This document shows positions 27,256 through 36,413 of a DNA stretch of 52,178 nt, piece by piece. The notes below the pieces were generated by a model. That model saw nothing but the letters and a program-made list of their open reading frames with translations, was not told where the DNA came from and searched no databases. The stretch's first letter is position 1; every line of letters begins with the position of its first letter. The translations under genes and the position numbers were made by a program. This stretch comes from a virus (taxonomy: Duplodnaviria; Caudoviricetes): the IMG/VR virus record IMGVR_UViG_3300031688_000025, positions 1-52,178 of that record; one strand, given 5' to 3'.

Positions 27256-27791
27256 CTAAACAAAACTTAGGGCATTGGGAGTACGGAGGTTCTCCCTTTG
27301 ATCCTGATAGTTACTTCGGGTTTATATACCTGATTACATGCACACACCCTGAAGAACCTAAGAGGTACATAGGTCGTAAGCAATTCCATATGTACCGCAA
27401 GGGTAAAGACAGGGCTGTGTCTAACTGGAAAACTTATAGCAGTTCATCTAAACATATTAACAAGATGATACTAGACTACGGTAGCGATAACTTTAAGTTT
27501 GAGATACTACAATTGTTTGAAACTAAAGGTGGCTTGTCAGCAGGTGAAGTCAAGGTTCAATGGGAACTTGATGTGCTTACTCAGAAGTATACCGATGGTA
27601 CTCCTGTCTTTTTAAACAGACAGATAGGGGCAATTAAGTTTATTCCTAAGGAAGAAGTTAATGACAGAACAAGAGAGCGACTCCAAGGTATCGCCTTCGG
27701 AATCAGAGAAGAACGGGAAAGTCAAGAAAGCCTCAAGGATTCAGAGGAAGAAGCTATCACAAACAAAGAGAAGATTAATAAAGAACCTTAA
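27252..27791 (+). CDS. GIY-YIG-like endonuclease
   Basis: GFIYLI...RYIGRK, Y.SSS, conserved Glu and Asn. Confidence 0.75.
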   Translation: MTKQNLGHWEYGGSPFDPDSYFGFIYLITCTHPEEPKRYIGRKQFHMYRKGKDRAVSNWKTYSSSSKHINKMILDYGSDNFKFEILQLFETKGGLSAGEVKVQWELDVLTQKYTDGTPVFLNRQIGAIKFIPKEEVNDRTRERLQGIAFGIREERESQESLKDSEEEAITNKEKINKEP

Positions 27792-27809
27792 AGAAAAACG
27801 GTGGTCTTA

Positions 27810-29426
27810 ATGAAAACCAAAGATAGATTTGTAAAGCATATGCCATGCAAACACTGTGGTTCTTCTGATGCAGTAGGTATGTACTCCAATGGGATTGGTA
27901 CATGCTTCCACTGTAAGAAAACTACATTCGAAAATGAAAGAGAAGATACCATGCAAGAATCATATGCACCAAAACAAGTTGAAGACTTATCAACTATTAC
28001 TTCCTACGACACAAGAGGTGTACAGGAAAGAGGTATAACTAAGCAGGTTGCAGCCCACTTTGGTATGAGGGTTTCATATAATGCTGACGGGACTATCGAG
28101 TCCCACTACTACCCATACACTAAGAAGAATAAGATAGTTGCGTACAAGATTCGTAACTTACCTAAGGACTTCAGAGTTAAGGGAGACTTCTCTGACATTG
28201 ATCTGTTTGGTCAATCAACTTTCACCCAAGGTGGTAGATCACTGACTATTACAGAGGGTGAGCTAGATGCTATGGCAGTGGCTCAATCAAATCTATCAAA
28301 CGGGAGTACGATATATCCCGTAGTATCCCTACCTTCTTCAAGCAACCTCAATCCTCTTATAAAGAATCGTGAGTGGATAAGAACATTCGATACAGTTGTA
28401 TTGATGTTTGATCAAGATGATGCAGGGGAGAAGGCAGTAGAGAATGCAGCTAAGATCATTGGCTGGGATAAGGTAAAGGTAGCTAGTCTACCTGAAAATG
28501 ATCCATGCGAAACTTTAATTAAACATGGGCCTAAGGCATTAGTAAGTGCGTTCTGGTCTGCTCAGCCATACACACCGGCTGCAGTAGTACGAGGCGAAGC
28601 CATATGGGAAGAGTATGTTAAGCGCAAGACAGTTGAATCAGTACCATACCCTAGTTGTCTTAGTGGTTTGAATGACAAGCTAGGTGGTATGAGACATGGT
28701 GAGATAACATTGTTCACCTCAGGTACTGGGTCAGGCAAGTCCACTATGATTAAAGAAATTATTTTACAACTGAAGGAAGAGACAGAAGATAACATAGGGG
28801 TTATATCACTAGAAGAATCTATTGGTGACTCAGCCCAGAAGTTTATTCAAATGTTTGTACCGGAAGAACCAACCGAAGAGCAGGAGCGAAAAGCATTTGA
28901 TGATGTATTTGGAGATAACCGTATCATTCTCCTTGATCATAACGGCGCTGTATCTGATTCTTCTCTTATAGATCAAATAGAGAACTTGTGTCTGTTAGGG
29001 TGTAAGCACTTGGTGCTTGATCACATTACTATTGCAGTGTCAGAAGGCACTAACGGTAAGACAGGTAACGAAGCTATCGATACTATCATGTCTGACTTGT
29101 TAAAGATTGTTAAGAAACATAATGTCTGGTTGGGTATCATCTCCCACCTACGTAAGTCTCAAGGTAAGTCCTTTGAAGAGGGACACCTTGCTTCTATCGA
29201 TGACATCAAAGGTTCAGGTTCAATCAAACAAATCAGCTTTGATATTGTAACGTTTGCTCGCAACCTAATAGCAGAGAACGAAGATGAAAGAAATACCATA
29301 CACCTTAGAGTACTGAAGTCTAGATTCACAGGGCTTACAGGTGATTGTGGTTCAGCATACTACGACCAGAAGACTAAACGTCTGAAGGGTCAGATGGATT
29401 TCTTAGACTACAAAGCAGGAGTGTAA
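27810..29426 (+). CDS. DNA primase-helicase (T7 gp4-like)
   Basis: Zn finger CxxC...CFHC, TOPRIM EGELD/FDQD, Walker A SGTGSGKST, LDH, SHLR, GSGSIKQ, KSRFTG. Confidence 0.95.
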   Translation: MKTKDRFVKHMPCKHCGSSDAVGMYSNGIGTCFHCKKTTFENEREDTMQESYAPKQVEDLSTITSYDTRGVQERGITKQVAAHFGMRVSYNADGTIESHYYPYTKKNKIVAYKIRNLPKDFRVKGDFSDIDLFGQSTFTQGGRSLTITEGELDAMAVAQSNLSNGSTIYPVVSLPSSSNLNPLIKNREWIRTFDTVVLMFDQDDAGEKAVENAAKIIGWDKVKVASLPENDPCETLIKHGPKALVSAFWSAQPYTPAAVVRGEAIWEEYVKRKTVESVPYPSCLSGLNDKLGGMRHGEITLFTSGTGSGKSTMIKEIILQLKEETEDNIGVISLEESIGDSAQKFIQMFVPEEPTEEQERKAFDDVFGDNRIILLDHNGAVSDSSLIDQIENLCLLGCKHLVLDHITIAVSEGTNGKTGNEAIDTIMSDLLKIVKKHNVWLGIISHLRKSQGKSFEEGHLASIDDIKGSGSIKQISFDIVTFARNLIAENEDERNTIHLRVLKSRFTGLTGDCGSAYYDQKTKRLKGQMDFLDYKAGV

Positions 29427-31523
29427 ATGGCTAACGCTATACATGCTGTAGCTCAGTACATAAGGAGCAATAGAGAAGGTGCCCGAGGTAGGAATCACTC
29501 GGGTATCGAACTCTTAAACAGGCATATGGATTACGGTATAGAATACGAAGAGCTTGTTATATGTGCAGTACAGGCAGCTCAAAGCTTATTCCTTAGATCC
29601 CGTAACGCTAGTAGTAGAAGCTTCAAGTTAACAGCAACATCAACATCAATAGGTTTATCTGTGGTCTCTAGGATAGGGATCAGGAACAGTACCTATACAG
29701 AGTTATTCTCAGTTGGTGATCTGTTTGTCGAAGCCTTACTACAACTTAAGTACCTTGAGATAGAAAGAGAGTACGAAGGTTACCGAGCACCGTATGTAAT
29801 ATTCTTAACAGAAAAGTGGGAAGACTTAGGTGAGATACCTCCAGAGTTTGATAAGGCTACACTGAGTGGTACTAGCTTTAAGAAATTCCCTAAGATAATT
29901 GGGTTAAGAAACCCGATAACCAAGAGGCCGTATATCAAACGTATGACCTCGGAGAGGGACTTTAACCAGTGCCTTGACCAACCCTTTGTGAAAGCTCTAG
30001 ACAAGCTGCAATCGTCTGCTTGGCACCTTAACGTAGACCTTGTTAAAGCTCTCAGAGATAACGTCACTAAGTTCTTAGATATGAAAGATAAGACAGACAA
30101 AGGTAGGTCTAAAAGAATAGAGATGAAGTTTATCTTAAACAAAGCAAGGGCTATAGGAGACGAAACTTTCTACCAAGCGGTAGAGTGTGACTACAGGGGG
30201 CGAGTGTACTACACTGAACCGTTCTTAAACTACCAAGGTTCTGACTTAGCCAAAGGTCTCTTTCAGTTTGGCGTAAGTAAACCTATGGATGACAAAGGAT
30301 TCTTTTGGTTATGTGTACACACTGCATGTTCTTACAACCAGTCGTATACGATAGAGGACTTAGATAAACAATCATGGTTAACAGAAGACTACAGGCATCA
30401 CTTAGCAGAAGAAGGGTTGGATACTATTTCAGTAGACAAAATGACGTTAAGGGACAGAGCACATTGGACAGTACACCACCAGAAGGAACTGATAAACGAT
30501 GCAACCTTGATGAACTTCAGGATGGAAGCGGAGAAACCAGTATCACTCCTAGCTTGCTGTCTTGATCTTAAAGGTTATGTAGAATCTGAAGGGGTATACG
30601 AGTCTTGTCTGCCTATACCTGTAGACGGAAGTAACAATGGATGGCAACACCTAGCTGCTATGTCTAAAGACAGTCAAGCAGGGGCGTTAGTCTCCATAGT
30701 ACCTCAGCTAATACAAAAAGATTTCTATGTAGAAGTAGCTAAGCGATTGATAGTTAGAATGCCTGAGTGGTTTGAGGGTAGGTCTATGCCAATGAAAGCA
30801 ATACGTAAAGGGATAGCCAAGCGTGGGTCTATGACTAGAGCTTACTCTGCAGGTCAACGTAAGATAGCAGAGAATATGTTCTATGATTGTAAGACTGAGG
30901 GATACAATAAGAAGTACAAGATAAGCAAAGATGACTGCGACAAGCTGTCTAAGAATCTAATTCTTGCTATCAATGATACTTGTGTTGGGCCCTTAAAGAC
31001 CATGAAGTTCTTACAAAAGATAACTGACTACTCACTAGAGAGTGGACAGACTTGTCTATCGTGGACTACACCATCAGGATTCCCTGTGTTGTATGAAGTA
31101 TGGAAGCAAAAGAACCTGACACTAAGGGGTACTATCAGGGGCTTAGGGCAGATAGGTCATAGCATCAAGGTGCCTGTGCTTACCAGAGAAAGTAAGCCTA
31201 TACCATGCCGTAGGTCTTTTGCATCTGGATGTTCACCTAACTTTGTACACTCAATGGATGCAGCACACATGGCTAAGGTAATCGAGTCATTCCCCGGAAG
31301 CTTTGGGGCAGTACATGATTCCTTCTCTACCCATGCGTGTGACGTTGAGAGGTTACTTGAGCATACTAAGTGGCAGTTTGCTATGATGTATAATGTAAGT
31401 AACTTCTTTAATCGCATAGAGTCTATGATCCTTGAGGATCGTACAGGTTACTGTGTTAAACAACCAGATATAGGTGATCTAAAAATAGAAGAAGTCATAA
31501 GCTCTGACTATTTCTTTTCTTAA
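29427..31523 (+). CDS. Single-subunit T7-like RNA polymerase (short, 698 aa)
   Basis: DYRGRVY, PVDGSNNGWQH, AKRGSMTRAY, WTTPSG, PNFVHSMDAAH, VHDSF. Confidence 0.95.
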   Translation: MANAIHAVAQYIRSNREGARGRNHSGIELLNRHMDYGIEYEELVICAVQAAQSLFLRSRNASSRSFKLTATSTSIGLSVVSRIGIRNSTYTELFSVGDLFVEALLQLKYLEIEREYEGYRAPYVIFLTEKWEDLGEIPPEFDKATLSGTSFKKFPKIIGLRNPITKRPYIKRMTSERDFNQCLDQPFVKALDKLQSSAWHLNVDLVKALRDNVTKFLDMKDKTDKGRSKRIEMKFILNKARAIGDETFYQAVECDYRGRVYYTEPFLNYQGSDLAKGLFQFGVSKPMDDKGFFWLCVHTACSYNQSYTIEDLDKQSWLTEDYRHHLAEEGLDTISVDKMTLRDRAHWTVHHQKELINDATLMNFRMEAEKPVSLLACCLDLKGYVESEGVYESCLPIPVDGSNNGWQHLAAMSKDSQAGALVSIVPQLIQKDFYVEVAKRLIVRMPEWFEGRSMPMKAIRKGIAKRGSMTRAYSAGQRKIAENMFYDCKTEGYNKKYKISKDDCDKLSKNLILAINDTCVGPLKTMKFLQKITDYSLESGQTCLSWTTPSGFPVLYEVWKQKNLTLRGTIRGLGQIGHSIKVPVLTRESKPIPCRRSFASGCSPNFVHSMDAAHMAKVIESFPGSFGAVHDSFSTHACDVERLLEHTKWQFAMMYNVSNFFNRIESMILEDRTGYCVKQPDIGDLKIEEVISSDYFFS

Positions 31524-31540
31524 TTAAATAAGGATTAATA

Positions 31541-31744
31541 ATGATAATTAAAATGCCCGGTGTCACGGACACTAGTACGCCCTTACTAACAGAAGCTCAC
31601 TTCGAAACAGAAGAGAAACTTATAGAAGACCTAGGTGAGTTGTTAGAAAGTTACAACGGTAAGGTATCTAACCTAGCTATGGTTGGTGCCTTGACACTGT
31701 ATGCAAATATGGTATCATTAGGTTCTTTAGAGGCAAATGATTAA
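31541..31744 (+). CDS. Hypothetical protein
   Basis: AAGGA RBS; coupled to the next ORF. Confidence 0.6.
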   Translation: MIIKMPGVTDTSTPLLTEAHFETEEKLIEDLGELLESYNGKVSNLAMVGALTLYANMVSLGSLEAND

Positions 31745-32082
31745 TGGATAAAGTAAATGAGTTTCAAATTGTAGAAGACTTGGAGAACAAGGTAGTGGAC
31801 TGGGGTTACAGCAAAGGTATACTTACCAGTGCAGCACCAGATACTTTCCGTAGGATTAAACAACTTATTAAAACGGAAGAAGAGGTCATCGAGTTAGCTG
31901 ATGCTATACATGGTGACGATAGAACGGAGGCAATAGATGCCATTGGTGACATACTTGTTACTCTTATCATGCAGACACGTCTGTGGAATACTAATTTATA
32001 CGAGTGCCTCGATGAAGCTTTCGAGGTTATCAGTAAACGAACTGGACGAATGGTTGACGGCATATTCGTTAAGGATGAATAA
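31744..32082 (+). CDS. MazG-like nucleotide pyrophosphohydrolase
   Basis: K..EE..EL..AI.......DAIGD..V.L, I..R.G.MV.G.FVK. Confidence 0.85.
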   Translation: MDKVNEFQIVEDLENKVVDWGYSKGILTSAAPDTFRRIKQLIKTEEEVIELADAIHGDDRTEAIDAIGDILVTLIMQTRLWNTNLYECLDEAFEVISKRTGRMVDGIFVKDE

Positions 32083-32084
32083 CA

Positions 32085-32360
32085 ATGACTAACATGAAGA
32101 AAGAATCGTACAACATTATGCGGCACGAAGGGATAGATGATATGGAGTATGTAGAGGAGCTAGGTCTTAACCCTGCCCTTGCGTACACACCAGCTATCAA
32201 CGAAGCTATCATTGAGCATGTCTCTGCTGAGAACTACGCAGGCTATATAGCCAAGGGGGTTGACCATGATAAAGCAAATGAAATGGCTAATGCTCTAGCT
32301 AAGAAAGCAAGGGCTACAGTCAGCCATGCTAACCCTATCCTAAAGGATAAAGGTTATTAA
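32085..32360 (+). CDS. Hypothetical protein
   Basis: Last ORF of the + arm. Confidence 0.6.
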   Translation: MTNMKKESYNIMRHEGIDDMEYVEELGLNPALAYTPAINEAIIEHVSAENYAGYIAKGVDHDKANEMANALAKKARATVSHANPILKDKGY

Positions 32361-32425
32361 AAAAGGGCCCCAATTAAGGGGCCCAAAGTACTACTATATG
32401 GGGGCCCTAACGGGCTCCCTTTTTT
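32359..32425. terminator. Back-to-back terminators of the two converging arms
   Basis: AAAAAA-GGGCCCC-AATTAA-GGGGCCC (minus strand) and GGGGGCCC-TAAC-GGGCTCCC-TTTTTT (plus strand). Confidence 0.85.
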
Positions 32426-35400
32426 ATTGTAATGTTGTTTTAAACTTAGGATCATCCATAGCAAACTGATAGATACCTCTTGCCTTACCTTCTCCGCTAG
32501 CTGCGGAAACGTACTGGTAGTGTGCATCTTTCATATGCTTAGCTACTCCTCTTCTCCTTTCAGCAGAATCTCTATCAAGCCTTGCAAGATCCTTTACAAC
32601 TGAACCAAACTTCCACTTCATTAAGAAAGACATAGACTCTGATAAGGTAGCATAGTTTCTGTAAGGGTTAGGTGTCTCTATCTCAAGACCTTTGTACTGA
32701 TGTGGCTTTAACCTAGCAGCTAAACGTTCAGCTTCTTCCTTAAGTGGCCCGTCAACATCTAAGTAATTAAGTTGATTCCTAACAAACTCAACAGTATTGT
32801 TGTGTTCATCTTCCATTATCAACTCTTTACCTGCCTGTTCCCCTCGTCTTTTAAACTCCTTAAAGCCATGGTGGATGTTACCTGTAACTACATCCTTGAT
32901 ATCCTTAAGAACAGCAGAGTTATTAGTTTGATCAAACCAATCATCATTTAACATCTGTTCTACAATATCACCTTGACTTAAGTCTGTAACAACAGCGTCA
33001 TAAATAGGAGATAGCCAAGGCATATTATCACCTTGCGTAAGCTTAGTCCAGTTCTTACCAGATGCCAACATAATCATGTTCATTGCATCAAAAGACTGAG
33101 CAAGTGTAGCTAAGGAAGATCCCCTTGCTTTACCGCCTAAGATACCACCCTGTGCAGCATAAGGGGTTAGCTGTGGGTTAGCAGAAGTAGTTTGAATCCT
33201 TTGATCAACTGACTTAAGCTGTTTCCTTAGTGCATCAGCTCTGACTAAGTTACCTTCAGCTTCAGCTCTTGAAATACTATCTTGTATTCCTTTGTTTACC
33301 TTACGGTTACCTGCTATAGTTTTACTGTCAAGCCTCTTACCATTTTCAAATGGAGTTATCATACCCCTCTTGAAACTCTCAGTGTCGTATACTTTCTCCA
33401 TACCACCTAACGTAGTCTTACCGCCACTTGGGCTTGGGAAAGTAACCATTCTGTTAAACATAGTAGACGCATCAACAGAATCCTTAAGCAAAGCAGCAAA
33501 CTCTACAAGCTCAGGCCCTAAGGTAGCTTCAACTGCAACACCTCTTATATCGTTTAGTAACATAGCAGCGTTGTTAAGTCCACCGGGGAATGACTCAGCC
33601 GCTTGCTTAAGAGTAGGATCACTAAGTAAAGTATCCCAGACAGAACCTATTAAGTTATCCATCTCTTGACCATAAGCAAAGGTCATTAAAGGTTTCTTAA
33701 GGAAGTCTGCCTTGTTCTTTAAAGACAACTGAAAGAGTTCTCTTACATTATCTAACATAGTTTCGTCATAGCTGTACTTATCCATGAACGCTTTGTCAGT
33801 AAGCATGTAACCGCTGAACTCACTGTCAAGTAAAGTCTCTAAGTTATTACTGAGGGTCTTTCTTATATCACCTTCGTAAGCTTCAAAGCCTTCTATGTCA
33901 GAATAAGCTCCAAGTATCTTACTAGCATTCTCAGCACGGAACAAACCAACCCGATACAACTTCTCTTTAAGACCTAGTATGCTGAACATAGTAGCTAATC
34001 CATTAGAGATGCCATCGATTTCCATATAGTTAACAGCAGATCTAAAAGACTTACCTGCTTTCATAGCTGCATCATAGTTAGCTATATCAATAACAGCATC
34101 TATCATTTGTATAGCATGCTTGTGTGCTTTCTTGTTATTAGCCAAACCTTGTATGAAGTCTGCAACCTCAGGGTCAGAAGATAAAGCTGCTGGTACTCTA
34201 GTAGGTAGCTTGTCTACACCTGAAACACCATTACTGTTTACCATAATCTGAGACAAAGCTAATCGTGCTGGCTTGTCATCGTAAGCCTGAAGGGCCTCGT
34301 TGATCTTTTTGCCAATCCTAACTAGTCTCTTATGGGCCTCAGATTGTGTACGTATGTTACCCGCAGCTTGCTCTATAGCATCAGCCCTTACAAGACCACC
34401 TCCGTCATAGAACAAAGCAGACATAGTAGCCAACCAGTTACTCTCTTCTCTGCTACGGCTGTTAGGAATGACCTCGATCATCTTACCACTGCCAATAATA
34501 TTACGAACAAGATGGTTGTTAACTGGTGATAGCGAAGAGTGTGGTGTTAACCTTTGAGTAACTCTTTGTTTAAAGTATGTAAAGTAAAAAGGTTTATTGT
34601 CATACACAGATAAGCTCGTAAGAACCTCAAGGGCTTTGTTAGCATGCATGTAATACTGTTGCTGTTGGAACTCTGGAGTTCTAAACTTAGCTTCTTGCAA
34701 CTTAGATATCTCTATATCTTGCTGTAGTTTCTCTATTAAAAACACAGTACGATAATAAGCAGGACTAGAAGGTTCAACAAGCAGAGCTTTATCTAGCTTA
34801 GCCTGAAGTACAAGACCCCTAGCATTTTCATTTTCTGCTATCTTTGCAATAGAAGCTTTCCTTTCATCACCTATGTCAAACATATCAAGCAAAGGGTTAC
34901 CATTAGCACCCATAGCAGCCTGACCCATAGCAGCAGAGCCTAACAAGATTGCAATCTTAGATCGTCTAGGTTCAAAGTAATTAGGCACTTGACTGTAACT
35001 AAACATAGCATCATCGGCGCTAATAGACTTAGGGTTAGGTACAGATCCTGTGCTAGACTTAGTATAAGCAGATCCCTCATACATAGGTTGACCTGTAGCA
35101 GGGGGAGATAGAAGTGGCTTCATCCTTGGATTAAAAGGTTTATACTTCCTAACATCTCTTGAGAGTACCTGAAATCCTAGCTTAGTCAAAGACAAAGTAG
35201 GTGGTAAAATATTACCAGCTTCATCAATACCGCCCGGAGAATGAGTAACTATATCCGGGAAACTCATTTGATAATCAGCAAGAAAAATCTTACCAATCAT
35301 TTCAAAAGCCTCAGGTGTTAAGTTCTGGTAATCAGCTACGTAAGAATCTGTTTCCAAACCTTCCATCTCAGACTTAGCTCTACGAAAATCCTTAAAGATA

Positions 35401-36410
35401 GCCTCACCCACACCTCTAACCGATGTGTCAAACTTAGAGTCTCCGGCTTGATAACCTTGCAACTCATCTATGTCTGCTTGAGCAGCAGAACTTAGAGGTG
35501 AACCATCGTCATTGTTAGCTTGAGACATGCTTAGAAGCCAAGGCTCTATCACTGCCATTTGTATTAGGTCAAACCGTGGGTCTACTTTAGCTGTCCTTGC
35601 GTAAGATATTTCCTCAAAGTCTGCCTCTCCGTCTGCATAAGCCTGAGCTGTGTCACGTTCGAACTTAGCATCTAGCTTACCAACCCCAAGGATCTTAGGG
35701 TGCATCACTAAGTTAGACATGCTTAACTTTAAATCAGGATTGTCCTTGAAAACATTAGGGGCTACATCATCCTGAGTCTGCATCTGTTCGATAGCCTCAG
35801 CAGTAACTTCCTCATCAGGGTTAAGCTTAAGGGTATCCTTAATGCTTAGACCAATAACATCCCTGTCCTGAGAGTCCCTTGTTTTAAACCTAACTCTTTC
35901 TGTAAGCTCATGCCCTAAGACATTTGCTGCATTAGAGAAGCTAGTGGCGATACCCATTCTTTCTAATGGGCCGGGGACTCTTTCCTGTTCCCGTTGTTGA
36001 ACCTCAAGGGGTGTCTCAGCTTGATCAACAAAGACATTGCTGCCTTCCTCAACCACAGAGCCAACACCCTGAGAGCCTACGTCAGCTTGCGCAGGTAGTA
36101 CAGTGGCTTCTGCCAGACCTAAGTCTGAAACAGGAGTCTCTAGTTGAGACCCCTCAGCAACCATATCAGTTTCATCTATGATACCAAGTTGTATCAAGTC
36201 TTCTCGGGTATACTCACCTTCGCCTTGTACTCCTTGAGGCCCTTCCAATGGGCCGAACTGTTCCTCTATTCCTTGAAGAGCCTCGTTACCACCTTGAGCT
36301 TGTTGAGAAAGCTCTTCCTGTAACCTGAGAAGCGACTCTTGTTTACTTGCTTCTGTTTCAGCAGCCGTAGGTTGAGCACCTATCACTGCGTTAGCTGACG
36401 TAATCGCCAT
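32424..36410 (-). CDS. Putative virion-encapsidated single-subunit RNA polymerase (N4 vRNAP-like)
   Basis: Collinear motifs QRVTQRL..SPVNNHLVR, EIDGISNG (D799), KKPLMTFAYG (K905/Y913), FPSPSG, QSFDA, IYDA (D1138); no Cys; last gene of the ejection module. Confidence 0.8.
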   Translation of the reverse strand: MAITSANAVIGAQPTAAETEASKQESLLRLQEELSQQAQGGNEALQGIEEQFGPLEGPQGVQGEGEYTREDLIQLGIIDETDMVAEGSQLETPVSDLGLAEATVLPAQADVGSQGVGSVVEEGSNVFVDQAETPLEVQQREQERVPGPLERMGIATSFSNAANVLGHELTERVRFKTRDSQDRDVIGLSIKDTLKLNPDEEVTAEAIEQMQTQDDVAPNVFKDNPDLKLSMSNLVMHPKILGVGKLDAKFERDTAQAYADGEADFEEISYARTAKVDPRFDLIQMAVIEPWLLSMSQANNDDGSPLSSAAQADIDELQGYQAGDSKFDTSVRGVGEAIFKDFRRAKSEMEGLETDSYVADYQNLTPEAFEMIGKIFLADYQMSFPDIVTHSPGGIDEAGNILPPTLSLTKLGFQVLSRDVRKYKPFNPRMKPLLSPPATGQPMYEGSAYTKSSTGSVPNPKSISADDAMFSYSQVPNYFEPRRSKIAILLGSAAMGQAAMGANGNPLLDMFDIGDERKASIAKIAENENARGLVLQAKLDKALLVEPSSPAYYRTVFLIEKLQQDIEISKLQEAKFRTPEFQQQQYYMHANKALEVLTSLSVYDNKPFYFTYFKQRVTQRLTPHSSLSPVNNHLVRNIIGSGKMIEVIPNSRSREESNWLATMSALFYDGGGLVRADAIEQAAGNIRTQSEAHKRLVRIGKKINEALQAYDDKPARLALSQIMVNSNGVSGVDKLPTRVPAALSSDPEVADFIQGLANNKKAHKHAIQMIDAVIDIANYDAAMKAGKSFRSAVNYMEIDGISNGLATMFSILGLKEKLYRVGLFRAENASKILGAYSDIEGFEAYEGDIRKTLSNNLETLLDSEFSGYMLTDKAFMDKYSYDETMLDNVRELFQLSLKNKADFLKKPLMTFAYGQEMDNLIGSVWDTLLSDPTLKQAAESFPGGLNNAAMLLNDIRGVAVEATLGPELVEFAALLKDSVDASTMFNRMVTFPSPSGGKTTLGGMEKVYDTESFKRGMITPFENGKRLDSKTIAGNRKVNKGIQDSISRAEAEGNLVRADALRKQLKSVDQRIQTTSANPQLTPYAAQGGILGGKARGSSLATLAQSFDAMNMIMLASGKNWTKLTQGDNMPWLSPIYDAVVTDLSQGDIVEQMLNDDWFDQTNNSAVLKDIKDVVTGNIHHGFKEFKRRGEQAGKELIMEDEHNNTVEFVRNQLNYLDVDGPLKEEAERLAARLKPHQYKGLEIETPNPYRNYATLSESMSFLMKWKFGSVVKDLARLDRDSAERRRGVAKHMKDAHYQYVSAASGEGKARGIYQFAMDDPKFKTTLQ

Positions 36411-36413
36411 TGT

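Noticed and set aside
27252-27791. GIY-YIG gene as part of a mobile intron
   Set aside because: Flanking genes are intact and tightly coupled; no intron structure is visible
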